This document shows, in pieces, positions 23,446 through 35,400 of a DNA stretch of 64,000 nt. The DNA comes from Leucoraja erinacea (lineage: Eukaryota). The notes under the pieces were generated by a model. That model did no database searches. It was not told the origin of the DNA and saw only the letters and a program-made list of their open reading frames with translations. The DNA lies in contig NC_073412.1 of NCBI RefSeq assembly GCF_028641065.1, forward strand, positions 310,001 through 374,000, given 5' to 3'. The translations under genes were made by a program, and so were the position numbers. Each line of letters opens with the position of its first letter. Position 1 is the first letter of the stretch.

Positions 23446-26400
23446 CCACGCCTCGCCCTTTGTGTGTGTGCGGTTCCGACCGGCGAGCCGCGTGTATCAG
23501 GTCTCGGCTACCGGGTCACTGTCCGGGGGTGAGGGGTCACTGTCCTGGGGTGAAGGGTCACTGTCCGGGGGCGCGGGGTCACTGTCTGGGGTGAAGGGTC
23601 ACTGCCCGGGGGTGAAGGGTCGCTGTCCGGGGGCGCGGGGTCGCTGTCCGGGGTGAAGGGTCACTGTCCGGGGGTGAAGGGTCTCTGTCCGGGGGCGCGG
23701 GGTCACTGTCTGGGGACACTGGGTCACTGTCCGGGGTGAAGGGTCACTCCGAGGGCACGGGGTCACTGTCCGGGGGTGAAGGTCACTGTCCGGTGGTATC
23801 ACACCGAGGGCACGGGGTCACTCTCCGGGGGTGAAGGGTCACTCCGAGGGCACAGGGTCACTGCCCGGGGGAAACCTTTGGCGCTCCAGAGAAAAGAATA
23901 CAAATTTGTGCAACCTCTCCTAGCCAATATCCTCTAATTCAGTCAACATCATATTTCCTGTCAATTTCTGAGCTGCTCTCGTTTTCATTTGAATCCATCC
24001 TCAAATCTCCTTCCTTCCTCCCTCAGCTACAAAGGAAGGAAGAGTTTGAATGAGGCCGCCTGCCACATTGGGGCTTTACTTAACAAAGAACCTTTCCTCA
24101 TCTTTTGACAACGAGATTACAGTCTTCCGTACCTAATGTCGAATTCATCATTTAAAACACTCATAATAGCCAATTGGGAGAATATTTCCTCATATTCCGC
24201 CTGGGGACCTTGCGTCCGGATGGCATTAACATTGAATTCTCCCAATTCTGCTAGCCCTTACTGTCTCCTCCCCTTCCTTAACCCTTGAGCTGTCTCCTCC
24301 CACCCTCCTATCCGCCCGCCCTCGGGCTCCTCCTCCTCCCCTTTTCCTTCCTTCTCCCCCCCCACCCCCCATCAGTCTGAAGAAGGGTTTCGGCCCGAAA
24401 CATTGCCTATTTCCTTCGCTCCATAGATGCTGCTGCACCCGCTGAGTTTCTCCAGCAATTTTGTGTACCTGTAATATTTCCACAATTCAGTTTTCTGTTC
24501 TGGTAATTTTGGGTTCAATTTGTTTTTACACCTCTGACAGCGCTATCAAACTGTTATTCATTAATAACTGCCTTCTGACACCCAGAAAATTGCATAGGAT
24601 TTACATGGAGGGTAGAAAAAGGGTTGCAAGCACCTGTTCATTTTACAAAGAAAAGTGGCTGGCATATCAATTCCTAGTTAGTAACTTGTGACTTAGAGTC
24701 ATAGAGTTATACAGTATTGAAAATGGTCTTTCGGCCCACTTTGTTCATGACCCTGGGCTAGTCACATTTATCTGCATTTGGCACGCAGCCTTGAACCCCA
24801 TCCTGTCCTTCTATCTGACATCTGTTGGAACACAACTCTCTAAATGTTGCCTCTGCCCTTCCACGTGCACCCTAACACTGGCACTCAGTTATCATTGCAG
24901 TCCCACTGAGGTCTGTACATTCTTCCTCAAGTGCAGTTGTTAGGACTGCCCAGAGTACTTCAGGTGTGATCTCTGCATTTGTTGGTGGAGTAAGTCTTGG
25001 TGAGGAGAGCCAATTCTGTGGCAATTGAACTGTGACAATTTTTGCAATACAATATTTTTCCATATTGTGACAAAACATTTTTTTGAGACATGACATTATC
25101 TATTTAAACCAAAAGAGTTGGCAATGTTGTGAGTCTGCCCTCTAATGGTTTAGTGTTGACAATGATGTGGTGAAAATTAGGCTTCTGATCACATAGTATT
25201 TTATTAGTACAAGGTACAGTGTATTACAGGTATTATAACTTAATTATTTTGTTTGCAGATTAATACTTGCAGTCTTCAGTTAACTGTGCAGGCTTCAGCT
25301 GTCGGAGATCGTTTATCTCAGAAGCAGCAGGTAAAAAGTGTCAATGATTGATAGAAATTACACTGAAAAAATACTGGTTTTACTTGCGACAAAAAATGTT
25401 GTTTTCTTCTTTTCTAATTAATGATAATTGTGCCAAGAATTGACTTTAGAATCAAAATGCGTTTTGAATGTCATTGGACCAAATATGTGAAATACTTTTA
25501 AATCAAATTTCTTCTCTCTTCAACCCTGCTCATTCTCTATTCTCCCCTGTCCTGTCAGGTAGAAGATACATAAGCTTGAACACATGTACCATCAGATTCA
25601 AAAACAGCTTCTTTCTTGCTGCCATCAGACTCATGAACGGACTTGTCAAACGCCCAATCTCCCAATCTACCTTGTTGCACCCTTGCGCTTGTTTTATCTG
25701 CACTTTCATTGTAGCTGGAACACTATATATGCTGCATTTTTTTCCTTTTCCTCTCTTGCACAACGTACTCATGTACAGTATGATTGACCTGGATAGCACA
25801 CAAAACAAATGTTATTCCACTGCCCCTTGGTACAGATGAAAATAATGACAACATTCTATTCTACATTATAGATGTTTGTGGTTTTATTCAGTGAATCATG
25901 AAATTCACTTCACTTAAATCTGTGTTTTTTATTTTGCAGCTTGATTATAGAGCAAATAAGGATCTCCTTCCTTCACATAAACTTTTGAATGTGGATGGAG
26001 ACAAGAATTTCCATGGAAAACCAGGTATGGTACATCTGCAAGTATTCACTTGTCTGACTACTAACATTTATCTCTCTCAGATTCAAACATACTTCAAAAC
26101 TGGACACAATACTCTAAATGTAGTCTCACCACTATCTTATATAACTGCAGCATGACCTCCCAACTCCTACACTCAATACCCTGACTGATGAAGGTCACTA
26201 TGCCAAAAACCTTTTTTGACCACCCTACAATTCAGTTCTTCTTCCACAATGCTTTAAACTCTCACGTGATCTTTTGTCTCTGGTTCTACTACAGAATGCA
26301 GCTTATTTTGTTTCCCTCTATGTAACAAAGACCTTATGAACTTTTGAAACAAATTTTCTGTAAAACAACTCTAAGATGAGCAAATTACCGCAACCCATAA

Positions 26401-29400
26401 TGGGAAAACGTTAATAATATGACTGAACTTCATAATAGTGCAAGGGAATGGGACTAATATTGCCTTTCACAGAATCACTGAGCTATCCTGGAAAATATAT
26501 ATTTGTGAGAAAAGTTTGGTATGTATCCCAAAAATGAACTCTGTAATAAAGTTTCATTCTGTTCTCATGGACAATTCTACACGTTTTCTATTGCTGTAAT
26601 TGATATTCTGTATATTTTAATAATATTTAATTGTTGATTATTTGAATGCAAATTATTGTACCTCCAGCACAAACATCATGCCAGGTAGACAAGTTATAGG
26701 GAGGCAGATTATACTTCTGTAGACTCTACATTGAATTTTGTTGTTCACAGAAATAACCTGTCATGATGATCCACTCCGCCACTACTCAGAACTGTCATTG
26801 AAGGAAACAGCTGGGGACATGCCATCACAAAGTCCCAGTTTACTAAAATCTCGACAGGGCTCTCAAAGTGCTGTGCCTTTCCATTCTCATGGTCACGGAA
26901 CCTTGCCGTACTTACCAGGTATTTCCTGTTTCCTGTTCGTAACCTATTCTGTTTCTGTTTTAAAAGGCCTAATGAAACAACAGTCCTATGTCAAGTGGGC
27001 TGAATTAGAATTGTACAAAACTATGAAAAATGCCTTTCTACTCTCAGTCCTGATATGGTTAAGTGGTTTATGAAACCACATGCCTATCAGCACCAACACT
27101 TTTTAATCTCTCCGCACATAAAAATCACATCACCTTTTTATTTTCTCCACTTTTCATATTTTTCTGCATTTTATTGCGTCCATGTCCTTGACCATTTACT
27201 CACCCTGTCCATATCATCCCAAAGCGTCTTGGCATCTCCTCACAGGGGAGACTGACTTTCAGCTTTGTGTCATCAGCAAATAGCGATAAACTGTAAATAT
27301 TCGATATTGATTGTGAGCAGCTGGGCATCGGCACTGATCTCTGGGACACTTCACAAGTTAGTTCTAACCTGAAAATTACCCTCTGTATTTAGTTTGTTCA
27401 TTTATCCTTAATCAATGCTCAGGTATTAATTACCCCAGCCCACCACCCACAGATCCTGATTTAATTTGAAAATCTTTTAACAAAGGTCTTCTGAAAGTTC
27501 AAATACACCACATCACATGATTCACCTTTATACAGTCTGCTTCTATGTTTTGTCTGATGGTCTTAGATTCTTTTGTTCATGCATGATGGAAATCCTGAAC
27601 ACTATCCAGAATATTGTTGAGGTTGGGGTGGTGGGGGTGATGGTTGATAAATGGAGAACTTTAAACCGGGGTTGTACATAAACTTCCTAGGCAGAGCTAC
27701 TCCAAGCTGTGAAACCAACATGGATTGATGAGGACAATGTATAAATCATGATTCCATAGAATGGTAAAAGCAGATTGCAGGGGCTTGTGATTTTTTAAAA
27801 CATTTTGTTATGAACTCAAAAGTCATCTTCCAAATAGGCTGAATTGCTGACTTGTAGAAGTAGCTCATTTCTGGCTTCCTTGTTATTTATTTAGTTGGAG
27901 CACCGTTTGTATGTTAGCCTGGCTACAAATGTTCCAGTCCAATGACCTTCTCTGTATGCTGAGAAATTCTGTATTATAACCAAACCCTTTGTAAATTCCC
28001 AGGTGACAATGTCATTTTCTCTGAGCTTCCTTCAACACCTGGAATACCAGTTGTATACCGCACACCCGAACAGCGGGCGGAATATGCAGACAGACTGAAT
28101 CTGGACAGGTGAGTATGATTTTAAAAGATTGAAAAACAGTATAGTTCAGAAATCAGCCCTTTGGCCCACAATATTTGTGCCGAACATGATGCCAAGTTAA
28201 ACTGATCTCATCTGCCTGAACATGATCCATTTCCCTCTATTCCCTGCACTTCCATCTTCCTATCTAAAAGCTTCTTAAAGGTCACTATCACCACCACCCT
28301 GGGCAGTGCATACCAGGCTCCCACCATTTTCTGTGTGATAGAACTTGACCGCACATCTCCATGAAACTTTCCCCCTCTCGCCTAATAGCTATGTCCACCA
28401 GTGTTGGACACTTCCACCCTGGGACAAAGGTTCCGACTGTCCAGGCCTCTCATCATTTTATATACTTCTATCAAGTCTCTCCTCAACCTCTGGCGAACCA
28501 GAGATACCTATCTAAATCTATCCCTGTAACTGAAACCCTCTAATCCAGGCAGTGTTTGGGTAAACCTCCTCTGCACCCTCTTCAAAGCCTCCTCATCTTT
28601 CCTGTATTGGGATGACCAGAATTGCAAGCAATAGTCCAAATGCTGCCTAATCCAAAGTCACAGAATTATACAGCAGGGAAACAGGCACCTTGGTCTAACT
28701 CATTCATGCCAACCCAATTGCTCTGTAAACTAATCCTATTTGCCTCTATTTCATCTTCTTCTTCTGTCGTGTGGCGTGCACAGCCTCAAGTTGTTGTATT
28801 TGATCTTCCGTTTGTACACGTCGAGTTGATTGCATTAGTCGAAACAGGGCAGACCACGTGAAGGTTGCCATCTTCCACCCCCCTATTTCATCCATTCTCC
28901 TCGAAACCTTCCCTACTCACATACCTGTTCAATGATAAGTGGTCCTAACAATGTAATTAAGTTCATGAATATAAAAGAAAGTTAAATCGATACGATTATA
29001 AATTGAGAGCATTTTACTGATATTTTTAGTTAAAACGTCAATTTATTATCTAGTAAACTGAAATAAGGCAGCCACAACTGTAATGAAACATTGCCTAATT
29101 GAAGAAAAATGAATTAGTAGACAATTAAAAAAATAGCATTTGTATTGAGAGGAGTGGAATAAACCTTCCCTGAGCTGCATCAGAATAATGACAGGTTTTC
29201 AGTGAGGTGTCTACATTACAACAGAACTACAGTGAATGAAGAAATTACAGCATTGTTCCCTTGGAACTACAGTGGGTAAAGTCAATAAATGTATTTTACA
29301 TAGGTTACAAACTAACTGTTTTCAACCCTCCCAATATGAACTGTTTTTGAATAAACCATCACAATATCTAAGCTCTGAACCCATAGCTCCCACATCATTG

Positions 29401-32400
29401 ACAACATGTAAATTCATCCTTTTACCCAAGTCTTAAATGAAAACAGTTTATAAAAATGTCCTGGAAAAATGCTCAGTGGTATTTTGTTGCAGATTACACT
29501 TGTGATCGGGCATGTTCTGTCGCGAATACTTGAACTATCTCTCGTACAGATTTAAATTTGAAGTTTTTAAATTTGTTTTTAATACCCATCTTTTGTTGAA
29601 ATGGAATTTATTCTACCATGCAAAACTTTACTTGCTGAATATCTAAGACTCATTACTTTCCATTAACAATTTAATATTTGTAATTATTAATCAGGCGAAA
29701 TCTAACCGTCTGTCCAATACTGGAGGGTGAGCAACAACTTCGCTTGTTGAATTTCCAGCACAACCTCATCACGCAGATACAGCACGTTTCCAACCTGCGC
29801 CGCCTTATCTTCTTGGACTTGTACAACAATCAGATTGAGGAAATCTCGGGTCTTTCTTCTCTGAGGTCACTCCGTGTGCTTATGCTGGGCAAGAACAGGT
29901 ACAAAATCCTTGTTCGTGTATTCAGGCAGTAGATTGCTCTCTCATTTGATGAAATGATTGACTCAGCAACTTTTCCCAAATTTGTTTGATCTCTCTGACT
30001 CCAGCCAATTGAAAATTTTCTTCCAATGCCTATTGAGTTCACTATTACTTCAGATTCTTAATGCCACATTTGGTGATATGATCTCTTGATGTAAGGATTC
30101 GCATGAAGGTAGTCAGATATCTTTGCAATATTTTGGGGAGTCCTGCCATGAAGCCTGATACAAAATATTCCTGTTTCTATCAGGCAAGAGGTACAGGCGC
30201 CTAAAGTCTCACACCAGCAGCTTTATCTAAAGAAAAAAGAAAATAGCAGGTTACAGCAATGAGATAAAGGAGGGGGTGGGTAGAACTGCTAATTCCCTGC
30301 AACTATTGAATTCTTCAACTGATCTGCACGACTCTAATCCTATCTCAGCTACAGGACATTTCTGACCACCTCTAGAATTGCAATAGACTTGATTTCTAAT
30401 CATGTTTTGCACGAATGTCTTGATTTTTTTAACATAATCTTTTCTCTTTTCACCTTGTTGAGTTTGTGTGAATTATATATAATTTATGATTTACGCCTCT
30501 GTACCTGTGATGCTGCTGCAAGTAAGGTTGTGCATTGTACCTGAACCTCACCGTACTTGTGCAAATGACAATAAATTCAACTTGATTGGGTTTAACTTAT
30601 CTTCCATTTATTTATTTCCTGTTATTAATCTCAAATTTTGACATCTGGATATCCAACACTTACACTTGTTATCCTCTGGCCTGGAATGTTTTGCCTCCAC
30701 TGGAGGTTACTTTGTCTCTACTGTTAACTCTGGTAAATCCTCATGAGGCTCCAACTTAATCAGCCAGTGATCCATCAGTCTGTTGGCATTCTGTCTCTGG
30801 GCACAAGATGCTGACTTGGACTTGAGAATGGCCAAAGAGTGGACTGGAGCAAGACAAGTCAAATACAATGGGCTTCCTGAAGAAGGAGGTGTTCTTTACT
30901 GGAGCAGGTGGTAAATGCATGTTTTATTATTCGCAGGATCAAGAATATCTCCAATCTGGAGAATCTGACTGATCTCGATGTACTGGATCTTCATGCAAAC
31001 CAGGTGTGGTAATGTCACAACTAACAGGCACAGAATCTGACAGCATTCAAATATTCAACCAGATTTGATCAGTTTTACACCAAAAACAAATCATTTATCA
31101 GATTGATTGTGTGATAATACTAGTTTTTAGTGTTTGGAATAATTGTTAAAGGTTTCTGTGTTGTGCCAGCAACTGACAGTTGTGTTCTGACACTTGGTGT
31201 AATGTCACTGATCAACTATTTTCTGGAAACTATTCAGATAACCCTGTCAAATAAATGGATTGTAATTTTTCCTGCTCAAGGTACCTGGTAAAGTGAGTAC
31301 ATTTTTACCCAAATCGAGTATCTAAAAAATGTCAGTATGTTCCTACTGTAATGTTAGTTTGCTCCAGGATATTAGTACTCCTGAACCACTAGCTTTCATG
31401 TCCTTCTCCATGGTAAATACAGGTGAGAAGTATTCATTCAGGACCTTGCCCATTTCCTGTGGTTTCAGACACACATGAATATCTCATTCCCCTTTATCGC
31501 CTTCCTAATTTCCTTCAGCTTAGGCAGTTGTGTATGCAAATGGAGGAGTCTCAGACCTGGTGGAAACCTACGCATGGGGAATGCTAACATCAATAGGACA
31601 GCGGAGGTAGAATGGAGTTGTAACAGAATTTTGAAAAGATAAATAAGAGAAATCTACATTTGTTAATCAGTTTATGCATGTGGGAAATATTTGTAAAATC
31701 ACTATGGAACAAATGAAAGGTGAGAATTCTATTACACACAATAATTGGGACTTGAACATCTAATCATGAACAATGGGAGGGAGAGAAGTCAAATTCACAA
31801 CAGGTAATACAAATAATGGATTTTTGGCAGAGGCCAGGGAACATAGAATTAACGTGATAGCAACAACTAGAAGTAGCAGAAGGAATTATTTAAGAAGGAA
31901 CTGCAGATGCTGGAAAATCGAAGGTAGACAAAAGTGCTGGAAAAACTCAGCGGGTGCAGCAGCATCTATAGAATGAAGGAAATAGGCAACGTTTCGGGCC
32001 GAAACCCTTCTTCAGACTGAAGAAGGAAGTTGATTGGGTGTATAAAATACTGCTGTGACTGTACAGAAGGGGTGAGGTTGTGGCATTCAGAAGTGAGCTG
32101 TATGAGATGTTATGAGGAAAGGATCTGCAGGGAGTTGTGAGGAGAGGGCAAGATAGTGGGACCAGTTGGATTTTTAAATCAAGCCGTTACTGTCTCAGTG
32201 GCCTGAATGTTAATGTTAATGCTTAATGTTGTAACTATTCTGTGTTATTGTTATAACCTTAAGGGGTAAAATGCCTTTGTATTCTGCTTCTATTGCCGTC
32301 TGTTTCATCTCAATGTGGATTTCTTGGCACGATGTTGTGAAGTAGAAACGCAAGCTGTGAAAAAGAGTGAAACAAAGTTCATTGGGCTGCTGTCCAGATG

Positions 32401-35400
32401 CTTGCACCTTCTGAGCAATGTCTCCCTGTACTTTTCCAATTGACTGGTTCTCAGTGTTGTAGCTACCACCTGAACAGGTCGAGGATAATGACTCTGTCAC
32501 TGACTGAAGCTATCGTTACCCATTCAAGTCTGACCTATTGATCAGAAAACCTAGCCTGCAGGATGTGGCTTTCATTCATCCATTGCACATCACACTGAAT
32601 TACTTGTGCTGGACAGGGCATCTGCTGATTTATATTTACAAATCAGCCTCTACCCACCCCTCCCTTATCTCATTACTGTAACCTGCTATTTTGTTTTTTC
32701 TTTGGATACATCTGCAGTTCTCACAAGTTTCTTCCTCTCCCAAAAGTTCCCTTTCCAAAACTGATATATAAATTAATAGGTCAAACCTGGAATTTGAGCA
32801 CACCAAGCTACAATTTATCAGTAGCCTCCTGACTTGCCAATTTATAATGAATTGAGATGTAGCAAGCCAGATTACAAGCTTATTGTATTATAAAATGTGA
32901 ATGTATGTAAACAAAGTAGGCGAAGAGTTATCATTGCCTCGGCCCTCATTAGCACATCCAGTTTTGCATTCAATGAAAACTTTGAACACTTGCTAATAAT
33001 TAGTGGAAGGGAAGTTGTATGCTCTGTTGCTGAGAGTCAGAGGCCACCAGCCAGTTAGAACAATCCCAGCGTAATAATCAGAGAGAGAGCGATGGGTCTG
33101 ATTAAAGACTGGGCAGTCTGTGCGCACTGTTTCAGTACGGTCAACTCATTTGCATAACTTTTCCATAAGACTCTGAGTTCTACTTTGTGTTTGGAGAAGA
33201 GTAATCATTATTTAAAACCACAATGTTTTCCTTATGTCTTTACTTGTCAATGTTCTCATTTTTATTTGCCACCTGAGGAAATGTGAGTATTCAAACTATA
33301 TTTATTGATAGATTTCGAGGATAGAGAACATTAACCATCTGACTGAACTCCGAGTGCTAAATCTTGCAGGGAACCTCATTGTTCATGCTGAAAATATGAA
33401 TGGTCTTGACTCACTAACAGAACTCAATCTCCGACGTAATCACATAGAATCTGTGGTAAGTGTTATCCATGGCCCATTCACTGAGCTGATTCATGATACT
33501 TGTCATTGTGTTCAACAACCTGGCTGTAAAAGACTGTGTTTTGTAATTTTCTTTAATTGATGATTTTTTTCCATGAAGATAAAGTTTCTGTTCGAGCATA
33601 TTTGTTTTATCCATTAGTAAACCAAGCCTCCTCCTGCTGCTTCCTCTGCTACTAAGTGTTCATGTTGTTGGAAGATTATCATTATCACGTCAGAGATACC
33701 AATTATGTTGCTATCCACCTTTGCTGTGATTAGTTTCATGGATGGGTTCCTGCCATCGGCTTATTCGACACACCCCACCTATTATCTTTCACAATCTTTG
33801 TACACCCTATTAAACCAGTTGATGTCGTCAACCAGTCACATGCATGACCAACCGACCACATCCGTTTTGCCACTGAAACAAGAGCAGCTGTACCAGTGTG
33901 CACTCCTCAGTAAGTATCAGGAGCCGAGGTCTCTGGCGTGGGACTGGAATCAGATGCAATGTGCTGAGTCAGTCACGCTCATTAAACACAGTGGAGAAAA
34001 CATTCATTCACATTGTAGGAACAATGGTAGTTTGATGCTGGTGTTGATTATATTGAACAATATTCAAGAGCTCTCTCTTCATCCCATTGATGAGCACCAC
34101 GGTTTGCTCTGTGGCACAGCTGGTGGTCGTAGCTCCAGTCCTGCTTCTCTCTCGGGCTTTGGGGGTTTTCTCTGGGTGCACCAGGTTTCACCCACACTTC
34201 ATTGGCATAATTACTCCGATAAACTTGCAGTTTTCTTGTGTGAGCATGTCCAGAATTACAGGTAATGGTCGACAAGTTCCTATCACCGATGCTCTACTTC
34301 CCTGCTGAGTGTTCCTTCAGTCTTTACAAGGGCAACCATTCCTGAAGTTCACATTTTATAAATTATTCTATCTGTAAAAAGCACAGAAAATGTTAAGTCT
34401 CATGAATGAACCAGCACGCTTTTAGGGTATGGGGAAAAAAATTTACATTCGCCTGGAGACATGGGACTGCAGGTGCTAGTTTACAAACTCAGTGGGTCAG
34501 GCGGTATCTATGGAGAACATGGATAGGTGACATTTCACAGAGTGCTGGTTTACAAACTCAGTGGGTCAGGCAGCATCTGTGGAGAACATGGATATGTGAT
34601 GCTTCACAGAGTGCTGGAGTAACAGTGGATCTGGCAGCATCTGTGGAGAACATGAGTAGATCTCCTTATCTGTCTGTACACCTGCAAATTATGCTCTCAT
34701 TTGGCCACCAAACCTCTTTTGATTATGTTGCCACTTAATTGCATGGAGAGGTGATTTACAGCAGTTGATAAACCCCAATGCATTTAGGATATGGGAGGAT
34801 GAAGCATGGGGTGAATGTACAAACTCCTCACAGAGTAATGTGTAATGAATGCAAGGTACATATTTAAAGCAAACTGAAACCCCTCATTTATTAATTGGCT
34901 GAAGCTTTAATCATGACTTCTGAATAAAGATTTGCTCATGCTGCATAATTCAGACCGCTGATCTTGAAAAGGAATGTTAGCAGTTCACAAAATAAATGTT
35001 AGACTAGGAAGGATGAACAGTATACAATACAATACGGTATGCAGCAGATACAGACTGTGATAACAAATTATCCAGGCATTAGTAAGGAATCTCTAATATT
35101 ATGCCCTTTTCCCAGACTTCAGGCACCCTGTCCCAGCTTTGCCGACATGGTGGTACGTGAACATACAAGAAACTGTAGGCGCTGAAATCTTGAGCAAAAA
35201 ACAAAGTGCTGTAGGAACTCAGTGGGTCAGGCAGTATTTGGGGTCATGACTCTTGAGCGTGAAGAAGAGTCCTGACCTGAAATGTTGTCTGTCCATTCCC
35301 TCCACAGATGCTGCCTAAACTGCTGAGTTCCTCCAACACTTTGTTTTTTTGTGGTGGACATGAGATGGGAGAAATAGTTTACACAAACTTGAAATAGCAG

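Noticed and set aside
34465-34655. CRISPR-like repeat spacing here and at 23512-23870
   Set aside because: Units are contiguous tandem copies without unique spacers, there are no cas genes, and the context is a vertebrate intron.
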